Shown piece after piece: positions 8,371 through 19,487 of a stretch of DNA of 46,342 nucleotides. The position numbers and the translations under genes were made by a program. Source of the stretch: Verrucomicrobiales bacterium (GTDB lineage Bacteria > Verrucomicrobiota > Verrucomicrobiia > Verrucomicrobiales > V1-33); contig JANOAV010000184.1 of assembly GCA_031411295.1 (NCBI GenBank), positions 1 to 46,342 of the forward strand. The letters run 5' to 3'. The notes under the pieces are model-generated. The model searched no databases and was not told where the DNA came from. It worked only from the letters and a program-made list of their open reading frames with translations. Each line of letters opens with the position of its first letter. Position 1 is the first letter of the stretch.

Positions 8371-10128
8371 ATGAACGTCGATCCCTGGATTCTCGCCTTC
8401 TCTGCCATCACCGTGGTTATCACCATCTGGATGGGCTTCCGCTCCGCCAAATCTTCCAAGTCCGCCTCCGACTTCTTCGTCGCTGGACGGTCTGTTTCCG
8501 TGGGCTGGAATGCCTCCGCCATCTCTGGCGAATACCTCAGTGCCGCGAGTTTCATGGGCGTGGCGGGCATGGTGATGCTCTCCGGTTATGATGCCCTGTG
8601 GTATCCCGTCTGTTATGCCTGCGGGTATCTGTTCCTGTTGCTCTTTATTGCCGGGCCGCTGCGTCGCTTTGGAGCCTACACGATTCCAGATTTTGCCGAA
8701 GGCCGGTATGACTCCCCAGTGTTCCGCAAGATTGCGGTCTGCTTCGTCCTCTTCATCGGATTCTTCTACACCATGCCGCAGATGAAAGGTGCTGGCACCA
8801 CGCTGGCCTACATTTTCCCTGGCCTGCCCTATTGGGTGGGTGTGGCCGTGGTGGGGGCGGTCATTACTTTAAATGTCGCCCTCGGCGGCATGAAGGGCAT
8901 CACGTTAGTGCAAGCGGTGCAGTATTGGATCAAAATGTTCGCCATTTCCGTGCCGGTGTTCGTGCTACTGTCCGTATATGGCGGCTACGGCAAGAATCTC
9001 GGGCAGAACAAATCCAGCAGTGATCCGGCCCCCATCGTGCAGAGTGCCGAAGCTGGCACCCCGCGCGTCGCCTTGCCGGAAAAGGCTCCCAAGGATGAAG
9101 CGTGGATTGCCCCCTTCGGTCCGCTGACCACCAAGGCCGCCAAGACCGCTGGACTTTCCGCCGAGGAAACGAAGCCCCTCTCGCTGCTTTATACTTTCTC
9201 ACTGATTGTCGCGCTCGTGTGCGGCACTGCGGGATTACCGCATATTCTGGTGCGCTTCTACACGAATCCCGATGGTGTGGCCGCCAAGAAAACCACCATG
9301 TGGGTGATGATTCTCATCGGAGTGTTTTATGTCTTCCCTCCGGTGTTTGGGGTATTGGGGCGAAATTTCCTGCCCGAACTTTACGCGGCCACTGGATCCA
9401 AGGGGCCGGATAAAGTGGTGCTGGAACTGCCCACGTTAATCGCCCAGAAATATGGGGTCTTGGGCTCCATCCTCAGCGGCATCACCTGTGCCGGAGCCTT
9501 TGCAGCCTTCATGAGCACGTTCTCCGGTCTGCTCGTCTCCATGACCGGAGCCCTGGCGCACGATGTCTATGGACGCATGTTGCGGCCCAATTCCACACCG
9601 GAACAACGGATGAAAATGTTCAAATGGTGCGCTGTCATCGTGGGTAGTGTTTCCGTGGTGCTGGGTGCCATGGTGGAGCCATTGGAAATCAACTTCATGG
9701 TCGGCCAGGCGTTTGCCATTGCGGCGGCCAGTTATTTCCCGCTGCTCTTCATGAGCGTCTGGTGGCGCGGGATGACCATGAAAGGCGCGGCTACCGGCAT
9801 GTTGACTGGTGGTCTCTGCGCGCTGGTCTCCGCTGCGTTGGTTAACGCCAGCAATCTGGCCTTGGATAAAGGCCCCATGGGCAAAGTCTTCGCCTCCTTC
9901 AGCGGCCTGAACGATTTCTGGAAGGCGCACCCGCTGCTCCGCATCCTGTGCGAGCAGCCAGCCATCTGGTCCGTGCCCCTGGCGATCGGTCTGATGATCG
10001 TCGTCTCCAAGGCCACCAAGTCCACCATCCCGGCTGACATTCGCATGAAAATGCTGGTGCTCCACGCCCCGGAAGCACTGGGGTTGAAGCAGGAGTATAT
10101 CCAAGAGCATCAGGGCGTTGGGCATTGA
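8371..10128 (+). CDS. actP: Cation/acetate symporter ActP-type (sodium:solute symporter family)
   Basis: SDFFVAGR, ISGEYLSAASFMG, GGMKGIT, GTAGLPHILVRFYTNPDG; many TM helices. Confidence 0.88.
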   Translation: MNVDPWILAFSAITVVITIWMGFRSAKSSKSASDFFVAGRSVSVGWNASAISGEYLSAASFMGVAGMVMLSGYDALWYPVCYACGYLFLLLFIAGPLRRFGAYTIPDFAEGRYDSPVFRKIAVCFVLFIGFFYTMPQMKGAGTTLAYIFPGLPYWVGVAVVGAVITLNVALGGMKGITLVQAVQYWIKMFAISVPVFVLLSVYGGYGKNLGQNKSSSDPAPIVQSAEAGTPRVALPEKAPKDEAWIAPFGPLTTKAAKTAGLSAEETKPLSLLYTFSLIVALVCGTAGLPHILVRFYTNPDGVAAKKTTMWVMILIGVFYVFPPVFGVLGRNFLPELYAATGSKGPDKVVLELPTLIAQKYGVLGSILSGITCAGAFAAFMSTFSGLLVSMTGALAHDVYGRMLRPNSTPEQRMKMFKWCAVIVGSVSVVLGAMVEPLEINFMVGQAFAIAAASYFPLLFMSVWWRGMTMKGAATGMLTGGLCALVSAALVNASNLALDKGPMGKVFASFSGLNDFWKAHPLLRILCEQPAIWSVPLAIGLMIVVSKATKSTIPADIRMKMLVLHAPEALGLKQEYIQEHQGVGH

Positions 10129-10213
10129 GGATTACGCCTGTGGCATTCGGGGCGGTGTGCCCTGCAGGTCATTCGGTGGCGCGTTGATGACTTCCAATCC
10201 CGATGCATCTGCG

Positions 10214-10465
10214 TTACCCTTTTATCGGTGAACCATCCTTCCGCAATACCTTATCCACCACGAGGTAAACCGCCGCCGCAAGGAAGTAACTTATCACAGC
10301 TATGCGGAGAAACATCTCTGCGGTGTCGGTGGTATAATCGACCCAGTAACCACGCGCTTGGAAAATCGCGATGGTCAGCATGGCATAAAGGCAGATCTTC
10401 CCTGCGATGGTCTGCACTTGGTTGAGCCGCTTAAGGGATTCAGAAGGATAGTCGGTTGATGTCAT
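10214..10465 (-). CDS. Small hypothetical membrane protein (2 TM)
   Basis: 83 aa, ATG start, two hydrophobic helices, AT-rich upstream region. Confidence 0.6.
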   Translation of the reverse strand: MTSTDYPSESLKRLNQVQTIAGKICLYAMLTIAIFQARGYWVDYTTDTAEMFLRIAVISYFLAAAVYLVVDKVLRKDGSPIKG

Positions 10466-10715
10466 TTACAATAATAACATTTTCCATAATTTCTGCAACT
10501 TATTTTGCTGACTGCCTTTGCGTGCGGAACATGGGTGCGGGCGCGCAGGGCTGGCTAATGGTGCCTCGAAATGAGAGCGACGTTCAAGGGGCAAATCTTT
10601 CCCCTGCTATTGCGGAGTTTGCGCAGACCGCGCGACGCCCTACTGCCGCGCCCGAATCATCCCACACGTCCACTTGCAATTTCCCGGCGTTTCCCTTACG
10701 TGCAATTCTAATCCT

Positions 10716-12755
10716 ATGATCTCTGTAGCCGAAACCACGCCCACTCGTTATTTGACGAACCCAGACAAAATCAGTGACACCCCGAATGACGCGGTGCCAC
10801 CGGGGCCGTTGGCCAACAAGTGGTCCGAGCATAAGTCTCATTCCAAGCTGATCGCGCCAGCCAATCGGCGGAAATATACCATCATCGTGGTGGGCAGTGG
10901 TCTGGCCGGGGCCTCGGCCGCCGCCACGCTGTCGGAACAGGGTTACAAGGTGAAATGTTTCTGCTATCAGGATAGCCCACGCCGGGCGCATTCCATTGCC
11001 GCCCAAGGTGGGATCAATGCGGCCAAGAATTATCAAAACGATGGCGATAGCGTGCATCGGCTGTTTTACGATACCATCAAAGGTGGCGACTTCCGCGCTC
11101 GTGAGGCCAACGTTTACCGCTTGGCGGAAGTCAGCGCGGGCATCATCGACCAATGCGTGGCGCAAGGCGTGCCGCTGGCGCGCGAATACGGCGGCCTGCT
11201 GGCAAACCGTTCTTTCGGCGGGACTCAAGTAGCGCGGACGTTCTATGCGGCGGGGCAGACTGGTCAGCAATTACTCCTGGGCGCTTATGCTGCCCTCAGT
11301 AAGGAGATCGCCCGCGGCGGCGTGACGATGTATAAGCGCACGGAAATGCTGGATCTCGTAGTGGTAGATGGTCATGCCAAGGGCATCGTGGTGCGTGATA
11401 TGGTGACGGGTAAAATTTCCAGCCACGCAGGTGACACCGTGCTGCTCTGCACGGGCGGGTATGGCAATGTGTTTTACCTTTCCACCAATGCCAAAGGCTG
11501 CAACGTGACCGCCACTTGGCGCGCTCACAAACGCGGGGCGCTCTTCGCCAACCCTTGCTACACCCAAATCCACCCGACCTGTATTCCGGTCAGTGGCTCC
11601 TATCAAAGCAAGCTCACCCTGATGAGCGAATCCCTGCGCAACGACGGTCGCTGCTGGGCCCCGAAGGATCAGAGCAGCGGACTGAAAGATCCGCGCACCA
11701 TCGCAGAAGAAGATCGTGACTACTATCTGGAGCGGAAATACCCCAGCTTCGGAAATTTGGCCCCACGCGATATCGCGAGCCGGGCCGCCAAGGAAGTGTG
11801 CGATGACGGACGCGGCGTGGGGCCAGGTGGACTGGGCGTTTATCTGGATTTCGCAGATGCCATCAAGCGCTACGGCAAAGAAGCGCTGGCCATCAAAACC
11901 GATGCTGAAGTTACCGACTGGGCACCCGTTATTGCCAAAGGCGAATCCATCGTGAAAGAGAAATACGGCAATCTGTTCGACATGTATGAACAGATCACCG
12001 GAGAGAACGCTTACAAGCAACCGATGCGCATTTACCCCGCCGTGCATTACACCATGGGCGGCCTTTGGGTGGACTATAATTTGATGAGCAACCTGCCCGG
12101 CCTGCACGTGTTAGGCGAAGCGAATTTCTCCGACCACGGAGCGAACCGCCTCGGGGCCAGCGCGCTCATGCAAGGTCTGGCGGATGGCTATTTCGTGATC
12201 CCCGCCACCCTTCCCAACTACCTCGCGGACCAGAAGCCTGGCTCCGTTAAAGAAGACCACGCTGACTTCAAACGCACCGAAGAAGAAGTGCAGCACCGCA
12301 TCAACACCCTCCTAGCCATCAAGGGAAAACGCACCGCCAGCAGCTTCCATCGCGAACTGGGACTCTTGATCTGGGACGAATGCGGCATGGCCCGCACCAA
12401 GGAATCACTGGAAAAGGCGCTCAAACGCCTGCCAGAACTGCGCGAAGAATTCTGGACCACGCTGTGTGTGCCAGGGATTGGTGAATCCTTCAATAAGGAA
12501 CTCGAACTCGCAGGCCGCGTAGCGGACTTCCTGGAATTCGGAGAACTCCTCTGTCGCGATGCCCTCGCCCGCGAGGAAAGCTGTGGCGGCCACTTCCGGG
12601 TCGAACATCAAGACGAAGGCGAAGCCAAACGCAATGACGTGGACTACAGTTACGTAGCCGCCTGGGGTTACACCGGAGACGTCTCCGCACCCAAGCTGCA
12701 CAAGGAATGGCTGAAGTATCAGGAAATGAGCTTCACCACCCGGTCGTATAAGTAA
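10716..12755 (+). CDS. sdhA: Succinate dehydrogenase/fumarate reductase flavoprotein subunit
   Basis: [64 protein letters not shown]. Confidence 0.96.
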   Translation: MISVAETTPTRYLTNPDKISDTPNDAVPPGPLANKWSEHKSHSKLIAPANRRKYTIIVVGSGLAGASAAATLSEQGYKVKCFCYQDSPRRAHSIAAQGGINAAKNYQNDGDSVHRLFYDTIKGGDFRAREANVYRLAEVSAGIIDQCVAQGVPLAREYGGLLANRSFGGTQVARTFYAAGQTGQQLLLGAYAALSKEIARGGVTMYKRTEMLDLVVVDGHAKGIVVRDMVTGKISSHAGDTVLLCTGGYGNVFYLSTNAKGCNVTATWRAHKRGALFANPCYTQIHPTCIPVSGSYQSKLTLMSESLRNDGRCWAPKDQSSGLKDPRTIAEEDRDYYLERKYPSFGNLAPRDIASRAAKEVCDDGRGVGPGGLGVYLDFADAIKRYGKEALAIKTDAEVTDWAPVIAKGESIVKEKYGNLFDMYEQITGENAYKQPMRIYPAVHYTMGGLWVDYNLMSNLPGLHVLGEANFSDHGANRLGASALMQGLADGYFVIPATLPNYLADQKPGSVKEDHADFKRTEEEVQHRINTLLAIKGKRTASSFHRELGLLIWDECGMARTKESLEKALKRLPELREEFWTTLCVPGIGESFNKELELAGRVADFLEFGELLCRDALAREESCGGHFRVEHQDEGEAKRNDVDYSYVAAWGYTGDVSAPKLHKEWLKYQEMSFTTRSYK

Positions 12756-12773
12756 CCCCCTGGCACTGGCAGC

Positions 12774-12865
12774 GTAGTCCAGGGCTTCAGCCCGTCGAAC
12801 CCTCCCCGTGAATCAGACGCGTGAATCCACCCGGGACATGCCTGCGGGCTAAAGCCCATGACTAC
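12774..12865. repeat. GTAG-type REP doublet in inverted orientation (REPIN-like)
   Basis: GTAGTCCAGGGCTTCAGCCCG (12774-12794) and CGGGCTAAAGCCCATGACTAC (12845-12865); 18/21 complementary, each with an internal GGGCT..AGCCC hairpin. Confidence 0.8.
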
Positions 12866-12993
12866 TTAGAGCCGGCGTATTCGAAGGTTGCAGCCCTGCT
12901 GCAATGGGCTAGCTGCGACTGGCTTCGGGCGCATCTTTTTCCTGCAGGTTAGCCGGAGGCAAAACCTGCGCCTCTGTTTGGTTGGAGAAGATG

Positions 12994-14136
12994 CTAGCAA
13001 CACTCCGCCCCGGGTGGGCGGGCGATGGTGGCGGTGTAGTCCTGACCTTTGGTTTCCTTGGGGTGGCGCAGCCGGCCATCGCAGGCGAAAGGCTTGGTGT
13101 CTGCGGGCGCAGCGTCCGTTAGAGGATCGATCATGGTGAAGCTGCCCGCGTAGGGCGCTTGCTGATAGAGTCGATAGGTTTTCTCACAAACGGCGTAACG
13201 CAGCCCGCGCTCCATGGCATGACCGTCGTCGTCGAGCACTTTCTTGAAGGGGCCGTTGTAGATCACGGCTTGGTTGCGGTCCAGGCACGGTCCTACTTTG
13301 CCTTTGTAGGCGGTCACGGTCACGCTGCGGAACTCGATCCCTTGCACCGTTTGCCAGGGGGTGCGGTCGAATTTCACAATCTGAATGCCGTGGAATCCAG
13401 CCTGGGCGAAGGCTTGGAGGAATTCGTCTTCCCGGAAGGCACCAGAAATGCAGCCACTCCAGAGTTCCGCATCTTGCTGTAATTCGTGCGGGACACTTTC
13501 ATCGCACACGATGTCCGAGATGACGGCTCTGCCGCCATCTTTGAGCACGCGGTAAAGCTCGGAGAACAGGGCCTGCCGATCCTGACTGCCCACAAGATTG
13601 AGCACACAGTTGGAAACCACCACATCAATGCTGGCGTCGGGAATCAGAGGTTCCTTGATGCGCAGTTCCGCGGCCAATTCCATGGCCGCCAGATAACTGT
13701 TGGCATCCTGAATGGGATGCTGCCGCAGTTCACGTTCGAGTGATTCCAGGTTCAACGCCAAATCCTGAATGCGGCCTTTGCGGAATTCCACGTTGGCATA
13801 CCCGACCCGTTCGGCCACGATGGGCGCATTGCGGCGGGCGACTTCCAGCATGTCGTCCGTCATGTCCACGCCGATGACACGGCCTGTCGCACCGACGACT
13901 TGGCTGGCGATGAAACAGATTTTTCCCGTGCCGCTGCCCAAGTCCAACACCGTTTCGCCCGGCCGGACATACTTGCTGGGATCGCCACAGCCGTAATCCT
14001 TTTCGATGACCTCCTGCGGGATGAGCTTCAAATATTGTGGATCATAATCGACCGGGCAACAGAGGGCAGGTTCGACGGCTTGGGCACCCGCCGCATAGCG
14101 GGCCTTCACGATGGCTTCGGTGGCAGGGCGGGACAT
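12994..14136 (-). CDS. SAM-dependent methyltransferase, arsenite methyltransferase (ArsM)-like
   Basis: LCCPVDY, YGCGDP, VLDLGSGTG, DVVVSNCVLNL, WSGCISGA; terminal CC. Confidence 0.85.
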   Translation of the reverse strand: MSRPATEAIVKARYAAGAQAVEPALCCPVDYDPQYLKLIPQEVIEKDYGCGDPSKYVRPGETVLDLGSGTGKICFIASQVVGATGRVIGVDMTDDMLEVARRNAPIVAERVGYANVEFRKGRIQDLALNLESLERELRQHPIQDANSYLAAMELAAELRIKEPLIPDASIDVVVSNCVLNLVGSQDRQALFSELYRVLKDGGRAVISDIVCDESVPHELQQDAELWSGCISGAFREDEFLQAFAQAGFHGIQIVKFDRTPWQTVQGIEFRSVTVTAYKGKVGPCLDRNQAVIYNGPFKKVLDDDGHAMERGLRYAVCEKTYRLYQQAPYAGSFTMIDPLTDAAPADTKPFACDGRLRHPKETKGQDYTATIARPPGAECC

Positions 14137-14145
14137 GACGGATGC

Positions 14146-14616
14146 TTAGACGCGGAAATAACGTTTCCAGACGGCTTCGGGGCTTGATTCCAAGACTTCG
14201 CAGCGGGGGAACTCAGATTCGAAGGTTGGGAAAAACGTATCTCCCTCAGTAGTGAAATTTAGCTCTGTTAGGTAAACGGATTCGCAGTGCGGGAGCAGCA
14301 GACGATAAATTTCCGCGCCTCCAATGACGAAGACATCGCCTGTGAGGTCGAGGGAGGTGAGTTGGCTAACATCCGTGATGATTTCAGCCCCTGGCAGATT
14401 TCCCGCCGTGCGACTCAGCACCAGATTGCGTCGATTCGGCAGGGGACGGCCCAGGGAATCCCAAGTCTTGCGGCCCATCAGCACCGGGTGACCGGAGGTG
14501 ACGCGTTTGAAGAACTTTAGATCGGCGGGCAGATGCCAGGGCATTTTGCCGTCCAATCCCAGCACGCGATTCTGCGTCATGGCGGCCACGGCGTGTAGGT
14601 GAACTCCTGGAATCAT
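14146..14616 (-). CDS. folA: Dihydrofolate reductase
   Basis: MPWHLPADLKFFK, MGRKTWDSLGRPLPNRRN, VIGGAEIY, GDTFFP. Confidence 0.97.
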   Translation of the reverse strand: MIPGVHLHAVAAMTQNRVLGLDGKMPWHLPADLKFFKRVTSGHPVLMGRKTWDSLGRPLPNRRNLVLSRTAGNLPGAEIITDVSQLTSLDLTGDVFVIGGAEIYRLLLPHCESVYLTELNFTTEGDTFFPTFESEFPRCEVLESSPEAVWKRYFRV

Positions 14617-14619
14617 GGG

Positions 14620-15417
14620 CTAGACAGCGATGGGGGCTTTGATGCCGGGATGGGGATCGTATCCGTCAAAGCGAATATGCTCGAAGCGGAAATCATCAAT
14701 CGACCGGATGGAGGGATCCAACCAGAGTTGCGGCAAGGGTCGGAAATCCCGCTGGAGCTGCTTTTCGACTTGCTCCAAATGGTTCGAGTAAAGATGCAAA
14801 TCCCCGAAGGTATGAATGAACTCCCCCGGCACCAAATCACACACCTGAGCCACCATGGCGAGCAGCAGCGCGTAAGAACCGATATTGAAGGGCACGCCAA
14901 GAAACAAATCCGCGCTGCGTTGATACAGTTGGCAGTTCAGGGTGCCGGTGCTGCTGACGTAGAATTGAAACATCGTGTGGCAGGGGGCCAGCGCCATCCG
15001 AGGAATGTCCGTGACGTTCCACGCATTGACGATCAGGCGGCGGCTGGTGGGGGTGGTTTTGATCTGCTGAATGACCTCGGCCAGTTGATCGATGGGCTTA
15101 CCATCGGCCCCGGTCCATTTCCGCCATTGATGACCATAGACCGGTCCTAACGATCCGTCCGGGCGGGCCCATTCGTCCCAGATGGTGACGCCATGTTCCT
15201 GCAAATACTGCACGTTGGTATTGCCTTGGATAAACCACAGGAGTTCGTGGATCAGGGATTTGAGATGGACGCGCTTGGTGGTTACGAGCGGGAATCCTTG
15301 ACGGAGATCGAAGCGGACTTGCGCACCGAAGACAGAAATGGTGCCGGTGCCCGTGCGGTCATCACGGCGTTCGCCCGTGTCACGCACGAATTTGAGGAGA
15401 TCATGATACTGCTGCAT
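14620..15417 (-). CDS. thyA: Thymidylate synthase
   Basis: Start MQQYHDLL at 15417; [35 protein letters not shown]. Confidence 0.97.
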   Translation of the reverse strand: MQQYHDLLKFVRDTGERRDDRTGTGTISVFGAQVRFDLRQGFPLVTTKRVHLKSLIHELLWFIQGNTNVQYLQEHGVTIWDEWARPDGSLGPVYGHQWRKWTGADGKPIDQLAEVIQQIKTTPTSRRLIVNAWNVTDIPRMALAPCHTMFQFYVSSTGTLNCQLYQRSADLFLGVPFNIGSYALLLAMVAQVCDLVPGEFIHTFGDLHLYSNHLEQVEKQLQRDFRPLPQLWLDPSIRSIDDFRFEHIRFDGYDPHPGIKAPIAV

Positions 15418-15421
15418 GGAG

Positions 15422-15952
15422 TTAGGGCTCTGGTTCTGGCTCGGACGCTGGTTCTGCGGTGGGATTCTTGGTGGCAGTCTTGGACTTCGGCCTAGCGCGA
15501 TCATCACTGGGATCTTCTGGGGGAGGGAGATTACGCTGACGCAGATTCTTGGAATCAATGTCGTCCGGGGTGCCCCAGATGCCGTCCGGGCCGCCGGATT
15601 GGATGTGCGTTAAATCTCCATTCTTAAGTGGATCGAAATAGAGCGAGTTCTCCCAACCGTCCATTGGCACGGTGTGGTTGATGCGCACCGTCGCGAGGTT
15701 GAGGTAGCTCTTTTTGGCGGGATTATCCCCCGTGAGAGACTCCACGAGCGCTTGTTCAAAATTTCGGTCCTGCAGTTCCTCGGGGAATTTGCCATGGTCC
15801 TTCTGGTAGGCGATCAGGGCCTCCCGCCATTGGACGATAATCTGCTCCGTGCCTCCGATCACCAACTGTGGCATGATTTTCTGAGGCACCCGAGAAAAGA
15901 GCCAAGCCACGAAGGGAAGGGCGGCCAGGGAGATAATCCAAAATTTGAGCAT
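15422..15952 (-). CDS. GspG/pseudopilin-like domain protein
   Basis: N-terminal [38 protein letters not shown]. Confidence 0.75.
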   Translation of the reverse strand: MLKFWIISLAALPFVAWLFSRVPQKIMPQLVIGGTEQIIVQWREALIAYQKDHGKFPEELQDRNFEQALVESLTGDNPAKKSYLNLATVRINHTVPMDGWENSLYFDPLKNGDLTHIQSGGPDGIWGTPDDIDSKNLRQRNLPPPEDPSDDRARPKSKTATKNPTAEPASEPEPEP

Positions 15953-15964
15953 AAAAATATTAGG

Positions 15965-16555
15965 TTAATGAATCCGTTCTACGGGCATGACGCGGGCATC
16001 CTGCCAGATGTCATCCGGGCTGATGGACCGGTGCTTGAAATGGAACAAGATGCCGGCCTTGCGGAAGGCCTCATAGATCAGTTCGGAACAGATGTATTTG
16101 CGGTCCCGGTTTCTCCGTCCAATTTTGAAGAGAATCCGGACAGCGATACGGAAAATCTCGAAATTATCATAGGGCTTCGTGAGTTCATCCATGCCGAAGC
16201 AAATCGCTTTACGGTGGGAGGCTTCCGGCACCTCCGGGGTAAGGCGCGCGATGAACATCCGGCCTCGGTAAGGCTTGTTGCGCCCATGGTAGTCCTTGAG
16301 ATATTTTGACAACGGAGCCAACCGCACCCCGATGAAAGTCTCGCTCTCAAGGATGAGGACACGGTCCAGCTTCTCGTCCCGATAAATCATACCGATGTGG
16401 CTCCAGCAGGACTTGGTGAACCAGCGAATGGCGTTGCTGAAGAAATAAGTTCCGGAGCAGAAAACGAGATCGCCCGTCCGCAGGGTGTCGCGCACCGATT
16501 CGTAGGGAACGATTTCGGTGGCGACGATTTGATCAATAGTAAGTGGTGCGGCCAT
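15965..16555 (-). CDS. Permuted papain-like amidase (YiiX/YebB-like)
   Basis: LRTGDLVF, WSHIG (His), KPYD, YICSELIYEAF (Cys); start codon uncertain. Confidence 0.85.
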   Translation of the reverse strand: MAAPLTIDQIVATEIVPYESVRDTLRTGDLVFCSGTYFFSNAIRWFTKSCWSHIGMIYRDEKLDRVLILESETFIGVRLAPLSKYLKDYHGRNKPYRGRMFIARLTPEVPEASHRKAICFGMDELTKPYDNFEIFRIAVRILFKIGRRNRDRKYICSELIYEAFRKAGILFHFKHRSISPDDIWQDARVMPVERIH

Positions 16556-16650
16556 GAGTGCAGAGGATGAGGTCACCTGCTGCATACACGGCTCCCGTCG
16601 GACTGACAAAGAAAATTTACACTGGGGCCGACGGCGCACCACGGATCTCA

Positions 16651-17976
16651 TTAAACTGAGTTCAGCACGCCGGTAGAATCACCGATGTGGTCCGCCTTCA
16701 CGCCCATGAGTCCCAGCATTTTCATGTAGAGGTTGGTCATCGGAGTCTGCTCTTTTAGCGCGAGATGGTGACCGCGTTTGAGCGCCCCGCCGCCACCGCC
16801 CGCCAGAATGACGGGGAGATCATCGTGGTTGTGGCGATCCGGGTCAGAAATGCCACCACCGAAGACGATCATGCAATTGTCCAGCAAGGTCCCGCTGCCT
16901 TCTTTGGTGGACTTCAATTTAGCCAGGAAATAGGCGAATTGCTCGCTGTAGAACTCATCAATCTTGGCGAGTTTCTCGAGGCGCTCGGGGTCCCGTTGGT
17001 GATGAGAAATGCCGTGGTGATTATCCGGCACGCCGATTTCAGGGAAGCTGCGGTTGCTGCCATCGTGCGCTAGGAGGAAGGTGCTGACACGGGTGCTGTC
17101 CGTCTGGAAAGCCAACCACATCAGGTCATACATCAGCCGGATGTGCTCTTTGTAGGAGTTGGGAATCCCGCTGGCTTTCTCGTATTTGGGGAGGTTTACT
17201 TTGGCGAATTTTTCCGCCCCGGTCATGCGTCGCTCGATTTCCCGGATGCTGGTGAGGTATTCATCGAGCTTCTGTTTATCCGTGTAGCCCAGATGCTTCT
17301 GCAACCCGCGGGTGTCCTCCATGACGAAATCCAAGATGCTCTTGTCGTAGAAATCCCGCTTGGCCTTGGCCAGGGCCGCCTCGTTCGTAATCTCATTGGA
17401 GAAGAGGCGCTCGAACGCCAGCTTCGGATCGCGCTCAGGGGCCATGGGGGTGGATTCCGATTTCCAGGCCAGGTTAAATTGATAGGAACAACTGTAGCCG
17501 CTGTCGCAGTTACCCGCCCGCCGGACTTCATCGCAGCTCAATTCCATGGACGGAAGGCGCGTGAAAGCTCCGACCTGTTGGGCCGCCAGTTGATCGACGC
17601 TGACGCCGATTTTGATGTCGGCCCCGGAAGTCTTGCGGGCCTGGCAGCCAGTGAGGAAAGTGGCGTTGGCCCGGGCATGGTCTCCTCCGCCATCGCCATT
17701 GGCTTGGGCTTTGGTGTGGGCCAGTCCGGTGATCACTTGGAACTCGGATTTCAGGCTTTCGAGCGGCTTCAGGGCGCGGGTGATATCGTAGTTGGCACCA
17801 TCTTTCGAAGGTTTCCAATGGTGCATATTTTTGCCATTGGGGGAATAAATGAAGGCCATGCGCAATGGCGGAGCGCCCGCTTTACCCACGGGCGCAGCAA
17901 GGGATTCCATGGCCGGCAGGGCAATCATAGTGCCTAAGCCACGGAGGAAGCGACGACGGGAAAGTTCTGGATTCAT
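16651..17976 (-). CDS. DUF1552 family protein
   Basis: SRRRFLRG leader, YSPNG, GDHAR, SVDQLAA, CDSGYSC, FQTDSTRV, TLLDN, HNHDDLP. Confidence 0.92.
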   Translation of the reverse strand: MNPELSRRRFLRGLGTMIALPAMESLAAPVGKAGAPPLRMAFIYSPNGKNMHHWKPSKDGANYDITRALKPLESLKSEFQVITGLAHTKAQANGDGGGDHARANATFLTGCQARKTSGADIKIGVSVDQLAAQQVGAFTRLPSMELSCDEVRRAGNCDSGYSCSYQFNLAWKSESTPMAPERDPKLAFERLFSNEITNEAALAKAKRDFYDKSILDFVMEDTRGLQKHLGYTDKQKLDEYLTSIREIERRMTGAEKFAKVNLPKYEKASGIPNSYKEHIRLMYDLMWLAFQTDSTRVSTFLLAHDGSNRSFPEIGVPDNHHGISHHQRDPERLEKLAKIDEFYSEQFAYFLAKLKSTKEGSGTLLDNCMIVFGGGISDPDRHNHDDLPVILAGGGGGALKRGHHLALKEQTPMTNLYMKMLGLMGVKADHIGDSTGVLNSV

Positions 17977-18083
17977 GGAGCGGTGCGGTTCGGGGTATGC
18001 AAACAACGTGCGCCAGAATCAGCATGATGCATGGTATTTCCACCACTTTTTCGCGTTTGCGGATTTCCACTCAAAAATGCCGA

Positions 18084-18578
18084 CTAGAGTCCGCGGGTAT
18101 CGGTCAGATCGGCCCCCGTGAAGATCGCCCCACCGTGTTGGGCTCCGGTGAAATCGGCCCCCGAGAGATCGGCCTCGGTGAAATTCCCGCTGGTCACGTC
18201 TGCGCGATCGAATTGCGCCCCACTGCCATCCGCTCCAGTAAAATTTGCCTTAACGCAGGAGGCTTCAATAAATTGCGTCCCATCCAAGTCTGCCTTGGTG
18301 AAATTGGCATGATCCAAGCGAGCCCCCTTGAAGCTGGCCCCGCTGCCGTCCGCTTCGGTTAGGTCCGCATGGGTCAGGTCGGCTTCGGAGAAGTCGGTGC
18401 CAATGAGTTTGGCGGCGCGCAGATTTGCCCCTTGCAGCTTGGCGTGGGCTAAATTTTTGCCTGTGAGATCTGCTCCGGCCAAATCTGCGCCTGTGACGCT
18501 GAGTTGCTGACCTTCGACACCGTTGGTGTGCAGCCAAGTGGAGTGAGCGCGGAAATCATCGGGAGTAAAAGTGGCCAT
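18084..18578 (-). CDS. Pentapeptide repeat protein
   Basis: Start MATFTPDDF at 18578; tandem A(D/N)(L/F)xx repeats. Confidence 0.9.
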   Translation of the reverse strand: MATFTPDDFRAHSTWLHTNGVEGQQLSVTGADLAGADLTGKNLAHAKLQGANLRAAKLIGTDFSEADLTHADLTEADGSGASFKGARLDHANFTKADLDGTQFIEASCVKANFTGADGSGAQFDRADVTSGNFTEADLSGADFTGAQHGGAIFTGADLTDTRGL

Positions 18579-18743
18579 GGGAAAACGAGGGTTGATTTGA
18601 TTGAATAAATAACACCCCACCTCTAGACTAAATTTCCTGAAGGCGAAAGAAATTCTTTGGGCGAAGCGTAGTCCGGGAACAAATCCGCGCTTCACCTTCG
18701 CCATTGACCACCGTCCTACCGAATCTACCATTGCCCCCACTTC

Positions 18744-19487
18744 ATGAAACGTCTTGCTTTTATCTTCACCTCCCTCCTCCTCGCTGCCAGTCCATTGCTG
18801 CGTGCTCCGCTGGCGCACGCCGAGGAAGCTGCGCTGCCAGAATACACCGCCGAGGAGATCGTGCGCTTGGTCAACCTGAGTATGGCGCTGAAGAAGACGC
18901 AACTCAATGGCAGTCTGCGTAAAGGAGACAATGTTTCCGCTTTGAACTTCAGCTTGATGGACAAAGAGTCCGTGAAGCAAATCACCTTCACGTTCGGCTC
19001 CCCGCCGCAAAGTATTGTGCTGGACTTGAAGGACAAATCCTTCCTGCTCTACGATGTCAAGGGCGGCAAGAAATCCGCCGTGCCGGAAGGAAACTATGCC
19101 ACCGGCATTCGGGGCACGGACCTCACCTACGAGGACATGTCTTTCCGCTATCTCTACTGGCCCAATCCGATCAAACTGGAGTCCGAGACCTACAGCACCC
19201 GTAAATGCTGGAAGGTGCAGTGCAACAATCCCAACCCAAAAATTGGCGCTTACAAATCCGTCGTTATCTGGGTGGATCAAACCAGCGGTGGGCTCCTGAA
19301 AATGGAGGGCTACAATTATCAACAGGTCAATGACAAGCCGGTCTTCACGCTCTTGAAGCGTTGCAAGGTAACCGCTGGGATGAAGGTGGATGATGTAACC
19401 GTGCTCAAGGAAATGACTATCGAGAGCTTTGATCCGGTCAGCGGCAAGGGATTGGGTAAGACGTTCCTGGAAATGCAGAAGCCTTGA
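18744..19487 (+). CDS. Outer-membrane lipoprotein-sorting (LolA-like) protein
   Basis: Signal peptide; IRGTDLTYEDM, CWKV, VIWVD..LLKMEGY. Confidence 0.8.
   Translation: MKRLAFIFTSLLLAASPLLRAPLAHAEEAALPEYTAEEIVRLVNLSMALKKTQLNGSLRKGDNVSALNFSLMDKESVKQITFTFGSPPQSIVLDLKDKSFLLYDVKGGKKSAVPEGNYATGIRGTDLTYEDMSFRYLYWPNPIKLESETYSTRKCWKVQCNNPNPKIGAYKSVVIWVDQTSGGLLKMEGYNYQQVNDKPVFTLLKRCKVTAGMKVDDVTVLKEMTIESFDPVSGKGLGKTFLEMQKP

Noticed and set aside
15418..15558. N-terminal extension of thyA in the ORF track
   Set aside because: It overlaps the upstream pseudopilin-like gene; the canonical MQQY start is at 15417.
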